Source: Botryllus schlosseri
Taxonomy: Eukaryota
Reading direction: 5' to 3'
DNA length: 64,000 bases
Assembly: GCA_051294905.1 (NCBI GenBank)
Contig: CM119372.1
Coordinates: 27,220,001 to 27,284,000 of the forward strand
The translations under genes and the position numbers were made by a program. Positions 47,230 to 60,779 of this stretch are shown here, one piece after another. Numbering within the stretch: position 1 is the stretch's first letter; each line of letters begins with the position of its first letter. The notes under the pieces are model-generated. The model searched no databases and was not told where the DNA came from. It saw only the letters and a list, made by a program, of their open reading frames with translations.

Positions 47230-50200
47230 ATTGCCCTGTTTTAATGTACACTTCGATATGGAGACTTGACGCTGAACAACAATTCGATTCACAAAACATA
47301 TCCATTGCAAAATTTGCCACTGGTGTGCAAAGAGTTAGGAACATTTTTAATACAGTTCCATCTACTGGTTTGTGCAAAGAGTTAGGAACATTTTTAATAC
47401 AGTTCCATCTACTGGTTGATTTGTTGTGAGGTCAGTCATGTGATGACTCGGTACTTTTCGTTAGCAAAGTAGATAGATTTTTGTGAAAGATTTGAGGACG
47501 GTAACTACAAAACATATGCACTCTGTTGTTGGAGTAGCTGATTTATTGCTATGACATTGACGGAACCCTCGGGAAGTGACTATGCTTTTCTTTCACGAAA
47601 GTTTACGTGGCTCCGCTGTAATAAATTTGTGTTAACTAAACTCGGATGGATACCGCAATTGTGTTGGACTTACATAGGGTATTCACATACTGTACACATA
47701 CAAACTTTAGTGTAAACACTCTGATGTTTCTGTAATTACTAGTTCTGTGTTGTAATATTTGATTATTAAGATACATGAACATCCATTCAGACAATAAAGT
47801 ATTTGCGATATCGAAACAGTTTGAAAGCGTCAACAATCATTGCGCATGTTCGTAGCATGGGAATATCGAATATTTTCGTGTGTCTGAATATCTTTCATAT
47901 ACATTTAGTGTGAAATGAGTGGCGTGGAAAAATAATCAGTATCCTACAAAAGTGAAACTTGTTGTGTTCGATTGCATATTTTTTATCATTGTTCATTGTG
48001 GTTTTGCAAGACGGGTGAGTTTACATCTAAATGTATTAAGCGTAGTACCTCAATTTGACTCATTTGAAAATCGACAACGTGAAAACAATACCGGTCACTA
48101 GAGTAACAGTATCAATATGAGTGGTATATTATTTTTTCGCGATATGCAACCAGCCTTCTAAGCTAAACTTTTCAAAAACTCATCATGTCATACAAAAGAT
48201 GGTTGTTACGAATTCGAAACTATAGTACTTCGATTATCACGACGAATGAAATTAAGAACAACGTAGTATTTCGAAGTGGTATGTTCACCAATCACTAAAT
48301 GATGAAGATATCAAATTACGCATGCAACTCTGGCAGTTTAACGATACAGTTACAAGTTGGATGTAATCTTGATTTACAGGTGACCGCTTAATGTTGTAAT
48401 GCTCAACCACGCCAGTGTGTTTATTGCAAAGTATTTGACGCAAACAATATATTGATGAACGCTAACCCATCGGAATCGCAATCCAAGATAGTGAAATTGT
48501 TTTCTGCTACACCAATATAATTTGTAATAGTTTACTTATGTGTATACCACAATACAATATTTCATTTGTGTTAAATGTTTGACGTCATTCGATAACTGGA
48601 TTACTACGGCGTTATGTGACTGATCGAGGTGCGAGAATTGTAATGATGCGATGAAGCTGTGTACAACCAACTATTCTGTAGCTGTGAAACGGCGGTATGG
48701 AAACGCGCGAATAATCCTAGCTGAAAATCGGTGATATTCAGGTTACGTATGAATCAACAGATCGCAAGGACTGAACAAGTTTCCAATAAACTATTTATCG
48801 CACATATGACTTTTGGAAATCGATATATATTCTAAAATGCTTGCTGACCCCGTAAGACACAACATAAAATTCATATCAAGCAAGGTCTTTTCACGCTTTG
48901 AGTTTTGTGATGACATTTCACCCTATAGAAATGAACTTGTATCAATACTATAACACCCATCGTATTTACTATTTTCGGTGCTGGTTGCATTCTGATTTCC
49001 TTGGCGACATGCGTTCTACAAATAATTCCAGTATGCCGAGTTAGGATGCGTTTGATAAACATCATACAAATTCTGTAATGCATATAGAGGTGAGCAATGG
49101 ATTAATCCCGAATCAGGAATATTTCATAACGAATCTGGTTTTCAACGCGGGGTCTTGATTAATGTAAAAGATTGCTAAACATCCAGACAGCTAAAATTGA
49201 ATTCGAACGCTCGTTTACTTTTAGATTAACAACTTATTTGAGTTTAATAAACCCCGGCCGTACTTGAATACGTCGATCGTTAATGCGTTAGGTAGATTTA
49301 TACGTCGAGATGGTAATAATGTAGTTTCTAACATGTATATTGTACAACTCTTCCGTAACTTCGTTACAACGCATTCGTAATGAATTCGTACACATTTTTT
49401 AAAAACCACAAGTAAAGGATGAATGATTTGTTTTATTCAAATAAAAAGAAATACTTTTGTTTCGCTGTCTAGAAATGTAATTTGTATGAATGACATAGAC
49501 AACAATGAATCTATTTCTACAATCTGGAATGCTGCTTTTACCAGACAGTCTGTCGACTTGTAGTCTAATGTTCACAGACGTGTTAATCAAGATGAACGGT
49601 TTATACAATCGCAGCGGTGTTTTTTGTTATACGACTGTTATCATCAAACAAATATGTGGTTTGTGTCAAGTCTTACGATTAGGCATTATATTTCGTGGTT
49701 GGAATAAAACGAAAGTTTGTTGTTATGAGTTCAATAATATTCTCTATCGATAAATGCGAATAATACGACAGCTTGATGCAGTTTTGTGGCTAAGTCAAGT
49801 CAGTGATCATGTTTGCGTTGATTTCGAGAATGAGCATGACGGGTTAGCTGATAATTTAGTTAATGTGGTAATAACTATGTCGTAAAGAGTTGCTGACATT
49901 CAAATATCTTTTACGGTGTAATAGACGGATTCACTTGTGGTAATTTAATTCTCAGTCTCTGATCGGACGAGTATTCAAATCTCGTATACTCGAAATATAA
50001 TATGTTCATGTCAAGTCGTATATGCACCGATTAGTAAATTTAGTAACCTTTGTCTTACAGAATAGTAACGAGCTTTACAGTTGAATAAAACAATCGGTCA
50101 TATGCGTACAGTCAGGATGAATTATTCAAGTTTGCAAGTTGTAGTGATATAATCAAGTAAGTCAAAATCAAATTTATGACTTGTGAATGTTGTTTGTGAA

Positions 50201-50700
50201 TAAGTCCTTTGAGTGTGGTAAGATATTGAAACGTCAGGATGTACTAGCGCTTTCATTTCCCTAAACTCAGTTGCAACAAAAAATAATTATAGACCAATGA
50301 TAAGTTGTAAGTTTTAACGTTCTGTTTCAAATCATTGTGTGAATAATCCGACAAACACGCCATCAACATTCCTAATATTATTGATATAAGACATTACCAT
50401 GTTCACAGACTTTAAATAATATTATCCTGATGTCAAGGCGGAAATTAATATATTCGGATACAATTCAGCTTCACTTGTAGCGCGAGTGAGATTTCGAGTT
50501 GGTAAATTAACACATTGATTGAATATTATCATGATTCTTATGATGCAACCAAGGTCAATCTTATTCTAGAAGCGTGAAAACATATAGCGGATGTGTGGAA
50601 AATCGAAAACGGAGGTGAAAGTTGGTCAAGTCAAGTAATATTCAGTTGCAAAAAGATCAAACTCCTAAAAAGATTAGAGTTATACCGACAATTGACAATT
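47230..50700 (-). pseudogene. Decayed protein-primed family B DNA polymerase (pPolB); boundaries approximate
   Basis: Across stops and frameshifts, in the expected order: FDFD (~50170, ExoI-like); HDH*L...SSC (~49810, endonuclease VII-like); ITFLDS (~49470); K...YE...KL...LETTLLP (~49400-49310); FYINQD (~49160, ExoIII-like); FGINP (~49105); YGVSKHFRIY (~48850); SYAINSL (~48800, D.NSLY-like motif A); LL*DTDYF (~47940, YxDTDS-like motif C). Motif B is not clearly recognisable. Confidence 0.55.
47324..47417. repeat. Perfect 47-bp tandem duplication
   Basis: TGTGCAAAGAGTTAGGAACATTTTTAATACAGTTCCATCTACTGGTT occurs twice. Confidence 0.95.
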
Positions 50701-51665
50701 TGTTGGTATTCAAGTCGTCGCCGTTGTGGTTCTGTTATTCGTTACCCTTGTGAGCGATCGTAGGATTTTACAATTATTTCACACCTATTTGAGTATGCGG
50801 TAACCTCACAAAGGATTAGGGTTAGGACGGAAATAAGTGGCAATTTGTTGCTATTCAAGTTACCGACACTGGCGGTTCTGTTATTCGTTACTTATTAAAT
50901 CATACCAGCGAAATCAAGTTCTGTGACGCACTGATTACTAAAATTTCACCGCGTGAGCGATGACACCAAGCCGTGAAAGATGACTATGTCTGAGGTGTTA
51001 TCTTGTGGGCGATCGTAGGATTTTACAAATATTTCACACCTTTTTGAAGTGTTAGTATGTGACCGCGGCTATGTTGGTATTCGAGTCGCCGTCTACGCCG
51101 GCTCTGTGGTAAACTAATTACCAAAATATTACCTTGCACGTGATTCCTAGATTTAGCAAACTATTTCACATCCTTTTTTGCTAAAAGTACGACATGCCGC
51201 CCGCAGTCTATACCCGAAAGTACGAATCACCGCCGCGGCCATAAGAATAACGATATATTGAAGTCACAATCACCGTAAACGTTGGGATTACCTCAAATTG
51301 GCCATATATAATAATTTGGGATATACACATTAACAAAGGACCAATCACGTGATCAATATACCTGATACATATTCAACACCATGCGAGAGATGCCTATACC
51401 CACAAGTACAACAAGTTTCCTAGGCACCGTGTGAGAGATGCCTATACCTGGAATCGTCACCGTGCGAGAGATGCCTTTACCTGAAAGTACGACCCACCAA
51501 CACGAGTTTTCGAGGCACCGTGTGAGCGATCCCTATACCGAAAAGGGATGGGCCCATGGTGCGAGAGGGCCCATAAGACACACTGGCACCGTGCGAGCGG
51601 AAGGGGGGTCAAAAGGGTCACCGCGCCAACACGAGTTTCGAGGCACCGTGTGAGCGGGCCCATAA
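50697..51665. repeat. Subterminal repeat arrays next to the putative Polinton end
   Basis: TTGTTGGTATTCAAGT...GGTTCTGTTATTCGTTAC and CTTGTG.GCGATCGTAGGATTTTACAA.TATTTCACACC each occur 2-3 times in 50697-51175. CACCGTG(C/T)GAG(A/C)G occurs about 7 times and CCAACACGAGTTT(T)CGAGGCACCGTGTGAGCG twice in 51377-51660. Confidence 0.85.
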
Positions 51666-52728
51666 GCCGCAATGGCGCGTCACGACCGCATTCCGATTAC
51701 TTATGTAGCCTATAGGTCGCATTCCAGTGTATAGTCGGAATGAACTACCTGGAGGCCAAATCACCACGTTAAACTGCCCATGTTTATTTCCGGTGAACTC
51801 TGGACTAATCTATTCACTAATATTGGCTTCTATGCGGACCGAAATCGTGAGTAGTCATGTTACGAATAGCCACAGGGATTCGTTTTTGAGTCACGCGATG
51901 TGCAAAATTTTTTCATATTCTTGAGTGAATTTCGTAATTAATATTAGTATAGTTTCTCATGCTGCTATCAAATATCTATCCTTTCTTAGCCCATGTGATC
52001 AAATTCACCGGAAGTTATTAATGCTGTGCTGCATCTTGCGGTGCGCCAATTGTTATTAGTTTCCTTTGTTGCTTGCTGTTATTTCTTGACAACCCCTAAG
52101 AATTGTCGATATGGTGGAGATATATTAGATTCACCCAAACGTAGGCCTATCAAAAACAAATTTCCTTCGCGATGAGGAGACCATGACTTCAAATTAGTAT
52201 TTCTTTTCGGGGCGCATAATTTTCCTCTACTGTTCGCATCTGTACTGTGGGGCTCAGATTACAAAGGACAACAATATTAAAATCAAAAATCAACTCGCAT
52301 TGGACCGCACGTTGCGCGAAGAAAATTTTAGGAATAATTCAAACCTCTCCCTAATTAGGAAGTCAATTCATGAATTCAATTTTCATATTGACGGTCCCCA
52401 GCACATCCTAATTGAAATAAGTGTCGACGGCCGCATAATTTTCCTTTTACTGCCGGAGACTGGCCACCCCTGTACTAAAGAGTCGATATTGGCGTTAGTA
52501 AGACACGCTACCTGCTGGACAACTATGACCTCGTGAAGCTTGATCTTTTAGGGAGCCTAAAGTCGTTTTCTAAGCGTCTTAGTCTTGGCGGTTGTGGACC
52601 ATTGCACGTCAAGGCAATATGTTCAATTGCTCATTCACAGCAGCAAATTATCCCTCGATGGAATGATATCACCAACGCCGAAGGCGTGTCAGCTAGTGAT
52701 GCTAGGCACAGGAGAATAGCTTACTCTG

Positions 52729-52730
<2 letters not shown>

Positions 52731-52789
<59 letters not shown>

Positions 52790-52793
52790 CCAA
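52731..52793 (+). repeat. (CAA)n microsatellite, probably a retroposon 3' tail
   Basis: About 20 CAA units; the SINE at 55007-55306 ends in a similar CAA tail. Confidence 0.85.
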
Positions 52794-53086
52794 CATATTT
52801 GAACTGAAATCAATTTCAGCATTTCAAAATGCTTTACTAAGCGTTCTTCCAAAATTTCAAATCAGTTCGCGGGCCGTGTGTTGGTGACCCCTGGTATGGT
52901 ATGGTGTTGAATTGCTAATTTCACTATGGTACTAAAAATACGTTTTACTGAAGATAGCAGGGGTTGCTGTTTATAAAAGAGGTGTTTTAAAACACTCATA
53001 TATGCCAAAGATGTTTTAACATTCCAAGATAACACCGTTTTGTAGTTTGTTCAATTGTGTAAATAATGTCGAATAAACATGTAGTA

Positions 53087-54426
53087 CAGTGGTCGGGAAC
53101 CTTTTTCGCCCGAAGAGCCATATTGACCCTATATTTTCCAATTCAACTGCTAAAGATCCATACATGTCAATAAACTCTTACGTCACAATTGAAAAATCGT
53201 GACGTCATGATAGCACAAATTCGAAATTACTACATGAGATTTGTCATTTGCACCGTATTTTCATGTTGGTTGCCTTATTTGAGTAATGAGTATGCGAAAC
53301 TTGAGTTACGTAGATATTTGGCAAGTTATATATTTTAAATTGTATTGCACTGAGAGGGATATAATATTTTTCGAAGCTTAAGACAAATAACATTTAGATT
53401 TCCGACAGACTTAGACAGCAGTAAAAGAATTAATCTACTTTTTGCACGCTTTTTACAGTTAGTGCGTCTTTTGGTGGTGTTGCATGGTATTCCTGATGGC
53501 TTTGTAGTTTGGTTGTTGATAATTGTTGAGACTAAGCTTCATACAAAATTTGAGACTTTCGTCAGTGATACGAGATTGTAGGATCCTCTTGATGCTATTC
53601 CTAAATGTGAGGCCATATGATGACATACGTAGCTGGATCCAAACATGGTCACATCCCCGGTCTACTAGATTTTGAACATTTTTACTACCAAAATGACGCA
53701 ACCTGCCAAATTATTGTTTAAAAATAAAGCGTGAAAGGAGAGGTGAGGCACAGCCGGGCCATAACTTACCTGTGATAGGACAATGAATCCTAAATATCAT
53801 AGAATTTATAATAACTGATATTATTCGAATGTAATTGTCGCACAGATTCCGATTCTACTTTTCAATTCCTAAAATATTAGGCGGTAACATAACGTTGAGC
53901 CACACGCTTACATTTTAACAGCGACTACAAAGCTACCTTATCAATCAAGAACGTGGCTAGCTATGGCGTTGTTTGTCATTTGAATTTGAAATTGTGAACT
54001 TCTCTTCCACGGCAGTTCGTTTCTGGTCGTAGATCAGGAAGACGATGTGTATTTGAAAACTGCATTGTGATACATGCGCCGCAATGTCTTCTCGTTAGTC
54101 AATCAACGTATCGTGCAATCCAAGATTTCGTGGTGGGTATATCGAATTCGGGAATGATACTATGGTCGACGGCGTGACAGCAACTTGAATTTAGGAGTTT
54201 TGAAAAAGGGTTCTTAGCCCCTAATCCTGAATACGCCACTGTATTAACCTCTCAAATACATGTTTATACTGCCACAAAAATAATTATACAGGTAGCGATG
54301 AAGATTTAATAACAAGTTGCTGCAATATTGACAAACTAGGCACAAAAATAAAAATTTCGCAAAGAGCCATATCTTATGCCCAAAAGAGCCATATATGGCT
54401 CGCGAGCCATCGGTTCCCGACCACTG
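53087..54426 (-). mobile_element. Deletion derivative of a hAT (SPIN/GTF2IRD2-type) transposon retaining the transposase C-terminus (~53459-53660)
   Basis: TIRs CAGTGGTCGGGAACC...GGTTCCCGACCACTG; perfect TSD ATGTAGTA. The minus strand reads VTMFGSSYVC and, after a frameshift, SRITDESLKFCMKL...QHHQKTH*. Confidence 0.88.
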
Positions 54427-55006
54427 ATGTAGTATGAGCCTTCCTACGGCATGTACTATAAACATAGTCGACGTAAATGGAATGGAATGGTTGGAAGCCG
54501 CGACATGCCCGTCGGCTCAAGGTTATACCCCGTATAATCACATACACTGGAACGGAATGGATGTTCTGATGATGATGACCGCCAATCGTAAAAGTGCTGC
54601 ATGACGATGTAGTCCTGGTCGAAGATATTCCCTGATCTGTGTAAGACAGGCGTCAGAAACCCTTTAATTCAGAGGAGGCATATTCGCCACACATTCAATT
54701 GTTTTTCTTGAGAATCCCTATAACAATGCCCATCCACTGTGATGTCACAGTAAAAGATTCGTGACGTCATCGCTAAAAACAGAGCGAAGCAAAAAAATAT
54801 TAAATATTTATTTCTACACGTGCTATTTAAAAAAATGTTACCTTGCATACCACTGAAGCTGAGTCTGTACCTCTTCATCGTTGCATTCCGCGTTACGCAT
54901 TAGAACGTATAGTTCTCAATATATATATAATTGGTTCTATCACATCCACGGTTTGTTACGGAATCGACGAATCATCAAATTAGCCTAATGACGAGACTTA
55001 ATGTAT

Positions 55007-55306
55007 GTTGTTGTTGTTGTTGTTGCTGCTGTTGCTGTTGTTAGTAGTATTCATGGTGTTTTTCGACTGCAATGGTCATTTACGCAAGACCGATATTCTT
55101 TATTTTGATTCCGTATCTGTCGACTTGTAACACGACCCACTTGTAGTCTTTCTAAGACACAGCTAACTCGGATTGGGCAGCGAGGAGGCGCCTATAGATA
55201 AACCTCCAACACTTGGACAGAAATTCTGGAATCAACCTTGGTCGGACTCGAACCCGCAACCGATTGGTGTTGTGACTGTGGAAACTACCACTACGCTATC
55301 TCGCTC
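55007..55306 (-). mobile_element. tRNA-derived SINE with a (CAA/CAG)n tail
   Basis: The minus strand reads GAGCGAGATAGCGTAGTGG (A box) ... GGGTTCGAGTCC (B box). The head GAGCGAGATAG is shared with the 21881 SINE. The tail lies at 55007-55042. Confidence 0.7.
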
Positions 55307-55434
55307 AATATCTGTATCTGAATATAGGATGGATTGAAAAATGTAAAATTTTGAATTTCAAAACGGAGACTTGATATGTGGTCCCTAATATAAGAAAAAA
55401 ATATTTTCTATGATAATTTTGGGCTCGTGCGCCC

Positions 55435-58400
55435 TAGGGTTGTCCATAATTTGGAAAATCTTGAAATTTATGCATATCCCTGTCTCATTCTATAGATTAT
55501 AGATTAAAAAAACGCCAATGAACCTGCAATAAGCTCACAGGAAAGTCGTTAACATTTGTCTAAATGCGTTTGAAAGTAGCTGCCGTACAGTGGGCGTGTC
55601 AGCGACCATAGAACGGCAAGCAGACTAGTAATCACGAAATCACGTCTCTTGATTGGTTAATCAGTTATGCTTGAATGATCCCGACCCCAGTGGCTTGCTG
55701 ATTATGTGCTTCTACTAGTACAAGATAATCGCTAATGGCAAGGATTCAGTAAGCGCATTGTACGTTGGGGATATAATAATAAAACGAGAAACCTGGTAAT
55801 TGAATGTTTTAGTGTTAAAACTAGATAACGATATGTTTAGAGCAGTGGCTCTCAACCTTGCCTCCAGCGCCCCCCAAGGGGCGCTGGCGATTTTGAAGGT
55901 TACGGAAAGGCTCAGGGGGCGATATGGAGGCGCTGGGCTCAGGGGGGCGGTATGGGGGGCGCTGGAGAAAAATGGCTTCGCAGTAGATGATGTGGTGGTA
56001 GGACATATCCTTAATGAGTATTCAGAGAAAATTAACACCGAAAACTTCGTTATATATAGCCTACAAAAGACATATAGGTTCAATTGTCCATGGGCGCCTA
56101 AATGACTGGCACCGAATGTTCCTGTCTTGGCAATCTGAACCTCAGAAGAAGAATTCCATCTGGCAGGGAAAAATTATATGCCAGTGAACAAATACCAATT
56201 TGAAATCGTGTGCGTCTTTTAGTTTAGTACGATTGGGTGACAGGGATATCTAAAACTAGATATTCCTGTTTGGCGATATCCCTGTTGGGCGATTCTATAT
56301 TTTTTGATATAGCAGACAGGCGGTCACGAAATAACATCATGCAACGAAGTCATACCAACGGGTTCGCCCGCCCGAATATGTTTCATTTTTATTTACGGAC
56401 CCTACAGTTTCCAAGACACCTCACAATGTTCGCTCTGCGTTTTGACGAGTCCGTGCACACTCAACAACTCACTGCGCAAGACCCTTGGACAACAGTGCGT
56501 AACGACTAAAAAAAGGTCATAACTTCGGATCTGTTGTGCGCAACGTAGATTTTCTGGGCGCAGGGACCGTGTCAGCACTGCGCACATGCGCAGCTTAGAG
56601 TGAACATTGAACCTCATTCAGCTCTACCGGTAAATCTGGTAACGTGAGCAGAGAGAACAAGAAATTGATAGCAATATAAATGCAATTCCTGATCTTACTG
56701 ACCGATTTTGTCATGAATTATCGAAAGTTTTCGCGCTTCGCACTGGCTCGCTAAACAGTACAGCTGATTTCGTGGCAAAAGCGAACAACGTGATGGGGGC
56801 GGTCGGTTTATCACCCTATGGGAGCCCAAGACCCAAATTTTTTTCGGGGGGCCTGTCGAAGTGCCGTTTCGTTACTGCCAGCGGGTATACGCCAGAAGAT
56901 GTATAATTATTATTGAGGGGTCCTACCTTTTAAATCACGCATCGCTCAGCTCTACCGGTAAATCTGTTTACGTGGGCAGAGAGAGGATAAAAATTGATAT
57001 CAATATACATGCAATTCCCGATCATATTGACCAATTCAATCATTAATTATTGAAATTTTTCGCGCTTCGCGCGTCTAGGCGAGAATAGCTGGCTCAGTAA
57101 ATGGACACCCAATTTAGATGACTAGTATCAGCAAATAGCGGAGAGCCGAAGGGGGGTCTGGGGGCGAGGCCCCCCGGAAGGTTGGTTTATCACCCGAAGG
57201 GGGGCCCAAGATCAACGTTTTTTTTGGGGGGGGGGCTGACGAAGTGCTGTTACGGCCCTGGTAACGAATTAATTGTACCTACGGGCACGCCCGAATATGT
57301 TTAATTATTAATTACTTGCCCTTTATTTTGCCATACAACAGCTTACTCAGCGCTGCTGGTAAATCTGAGTACGTGGGCTGAGAGGATAAAAAGTTTATAG
57401 CGACTTATATATGTAAATACCACCTATTCATTCATGCATTATAGAAAATTTTGGTACCTAGGGCGACCAGGCCACACAAACTTTGCTGACCATCGAAATC
57501 ACGCTACGGGGTTCTTGGGGGCGGAGCCCTCAGAAGTTTGGTTTATCACGCTATGGGTGCGCAAGGCAATCGTTTTTAGGGGGGTTGACGAAGTGCTATT
57601 ACGGCCATTCCTCTTACTCTTTGTCTTTATTACATTCCTTACAATATGAGGTTGGGGGGCGCTGGAGCACGATAATTTTTGACAGGGGGCGCTGGAGAAA
57701 AAAGGTTAAGAACCACTGGTTTAGAGCAGCAATAGCCTCTTGCCGGCATGACAGAGGTGAAACAGCGAATGATTGTGAAGTTATAGAACTAAGTATAGTT
57801 CCGAGAAATACCTATCTGATATGCTTGAGATTACGCCAAGTGGTACTGCTTTTCGGGGTGCAGGTAAGGTATATTAGTCATCGCCAAACTGGTGCAGCAC
57901 CCCATGTCAGATGGATTCTGGACACAATCCTGTATGGTCAGAAGATATGTGGGCCGACCAGGTAGCTTACATTGGAACTCTGAAGAAGTGTAACTACCAC
58001 ACCGCTTCATTACATTCTTTTTATGTCCATGTCTGGTTTGATTCAAGCAGTTTGATCCAAGAATCATTAGCGACATGCCTAGCAATGCAAGCAAGCTGTC
58101 TTTATGCTGGTCCTACCAGCATAGTCTATGCTTATCCTTAGACCTCTTTCCGCGCCATCAATGAGGACGTTGACAGCACTTGTGGGCATATTTAATATGC
58201 TGCAAGAATATGTCAAGTGCCAAGCATAAATGACTGATTCATCAAGCCCTTACAGCATTCAAGACTTCAATTATATACCACGACAAGAGCCTAATAAGAT
58301 CAAACAAAGTATAGTGTCAATGTCAAGCTTAATCAAGGATCAGGATAATCAAGGATAATCCCCGAATTATCAAAGAAAAACTCAAATAATTCAACTTCTA

Positions 58401-58635
58401 CGGGTTGGAATTGAGTCAGATTTGTTTAACATCGTCTTTGAAGACAGCGCAACAATTTCATGGGGTCGACAGAAAAATTTGGAACAATTTTTTTTTGCAT
58501 TTTTAAGTAAACTCAAAATTTTCAAACTCTACGAAATCAGCGATTATTGGTTAGAATGAATCCAAATTTGGTGTGTGTCGTTTTTCAAGGCAACCTAACG
58601 ATTTAATCACGGAGCCCGCAAGATTCGGGAAAAAA
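55435..58635 (+). mobile_element. Old DNA transposon (family D) with a decayed transposase (~57730-58260), interrupted by a family C copy
   Basis: Ends TAGGGTTGTC / AACAGCCCTA. The left ~280 bp recur at ~44485-44770 and, inverted, at ~58750-58985. The plus strand reads PRNTYL.CL...GAAPHVRWILDTILYGQK...FYVHVW, resembling the PRDDY/GAxHxARW motifs of invertebrate DDE/D transposases (tentatively Sola2-like). Confidence 0.45.
55843..57718. mobile_element. hAT non-autonomous element family C (1.88 kb), inverted relative to 29197-32396
   Basis: TIRs CAGTGGCTCTCAACC...GGTTAAGAACCACTG; perfect TSD GTTTAGAG. Confidence 0.92.
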
Positions 58636-59617
58636 TGTTTTTTTTAACAGCCCTACTGGGCATGTTCTGAATTAATCTCAAATCATTACCTGTTGACCAA
58701 CATACGACGCGCTTACAAATACATCGCCGTTAGCAGTCTCCTTGACCAGCTGATCAGCAAGCCGCCACCTTCGTGATCATTGAAGCATAGTAGATTAGGC
58801 AATCAAACGCCGTGATTTCGTGATTACTAGTCTGCTTGCCGCTTGCTGTTCTATGGTCGCTGACACGCCCACTCTACGGCAGCTACTTTCAAACGCATTT
58901 AGACAAATGTTAACGACTTTCCTGTGAGCTTATTGCAGGTTCATTGACGTTTTTTTTTATCGATAATCTATAGAAGGAGACAGGGATCAACCATATAAAT
59001 CACAGATATAAGGTATCTTGTTTGTTAACCAGCGAAAGTAGTGATCTGAATTTTTGATAGATTGCCTGCTCGTGCTCGTAGGCCTACTTATACTTTACCA
59101 GGTAGATCTAGGCACGCTCCTTGAAGATTTGGACCTTGCAGCACCCTCTAAAACTTGAGATAACGACTTGCAATTTTGCCACAGGAGAACACCTCCTAAA
59201 ACACCAACTATTTTGTTGGCAGTCAGTTAATTTCCATAGTTGCACGTGGTCGCTCTCTGTTTACAATTAAAGGTTCTCGAGTTAACCAAGAAACAGCTGC
59301 AATGCTCGATCCTCTGCCGCCAGAAAACAACTCTACACTCTGGAAATATTTCCTTTGTTTTGGTTTTCGGTTACTTTATAGCAGAATTTGTCTTGATTAT
59401 ACCGCAACGGGGCTTTGTTATATGCAATTCGCGACGTTGTGTACTTGTCCTCATACTACCTCACAACGACAAATTTATTTCTCTATTTTGAGTTTGGTAT
59501 AAACCGCAATTAACGGCGTTCGCTCCTGACGAGAGTTGGTCGAAAAACTCCGAGTGGAATATGAATATATTATATATTGAAAATCTCTAATTCTCAAGCT
59601 AATTCTGTCACAGAAAG

Positions 59618-60187
59618 CAGGGTTGTAACCAAGTAACAAGGCTCCGAGTCACAAGTCAATCTCACTTTCATAGTTTTGACTCGAGTCAAGTCGAGTCATT
59701 TTCAATTCACCACCGAGTCAATTCCGAGTCCAAGTCATCGAGTAGACGGTCGAGTCCGAGTCCGAGTCATTTTGTTGACTGCTTGGTTCCCATTAAAAAT
59801 CTTGTTAAATCCACTTTATATACTCTGTTTGGTGATATCGACTGGTTTGGATTTGTAATATACTAATTTTCCTCACTTTTAGAAGTTGTTGGTCGCATTT
59901 TCAAGTACCAGGACAAATAGATAAACTCCAAATAGTATGATTACTTTACTATTCTTCGAAATTACAATGAAATGTCGGTCTTCGACGTCTGACTCTCGAG
60001 TCATATGACTTGGTTCGAGTCATGCGCAATGACTCGAGTCCAAGTCGATTCAATAAACAGATTGAATCGAGTCGAGTCGAGTCATTTCCGTAATTTTAGA
60101 AAATGACTCGAGTCAAGTCCAGTCATCAGCAAATCGTGACTCGAGTCGGACTAGAGTCGAGTCATGACTCGAGTCATTACAACCCTG
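59618..60187. mobile_element. GACTCGAGTC-rich hAT-type MITE, complete
   Basis: TIRs CAGGGTTGTAA...TTACAACCCTG; flanks ACAGAAAG/TCAAAAAG match at 6 of 8 positions. Confidence 0.88.
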
Positions 60188-60779
60188 TCAAAAAGTGATT
60201 GACTGTTATAGGAAGTAATGCTAACCAGTTCTCGTAGGCCACATTATATTCATCCGACAGCGATGTTGGTGTTTCACCCTAGGCACCATTACTAATATAA
60301 GTCGATGACATATATCACAGAGGCGAAAACGTCAATGCGAAACCACTGTATGTAAGGTACATAGATCAGATAATAGTTACACGAGGAATACAATTCCAGT
60401 ATATTTGCTCGCAACGCTGTAAACCTTTTTCGGTGTCAGGGCCAAATTTATAATTTCAGAGTACGGTCGGGGCCGCACGAATACCAGGGCAATGAAACGG
60501 GCCCCAAATAGTCATCAAAATATGAAAATTGGCATTGTTCCGATCAATCGCTTGACGCCATTGGCCATTGTTATGGTCATTGTGTTGCTGCGCTCCGATT
60601 GTTCAGAACAATCGACCTTTGGTGGCTATTTCAGAGTAGTTTGCCCTGGCGATATTTCAATTTGTATTTTTGGAATCAGTGCAACACTAGCTTTCGATAA
60701 AGATAAATTATGCGGACGCTTCGGTCGTGAGCTATAGGACTACCAATTATGCTGCTTTCGGGGCGATTTAGTAAGTAAG

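Larger units (their letters stand above)
44837..51701 (-). mobile_element. Fossil Polinton/Maverick-like (endogenous virus-like) element with one terminus retained
   Basis: Minus-strand 5' end AGTAATCGG at 51701, GC-rich subterminal repeats, and ordered degenerate pPolB motifs downstream. No second terminus or TSD was found. Confidence 0.55.

Noticed and set aside
52533..52802. Poly-glutamine ORF
   Set aside because: It is the translation of a (CAA)n microsatellite tail, with no other coding evidence.
55580..55630. Helitron 3' end (TGCCGT...ACGGCA hairpin followed by CTAGT)
   Set aside because: Similarity among the three copies (44485, 55435, 58750-58985) continues well past the CTAG, so it is internal to family D rather than a terminus.
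57831..58094. Minus-strand ORF as a LINE 3' fragment
   Set aside because: The plus-strand reading gives a better transposase-like motif series, and the minus-strand similarity was too weak to support.
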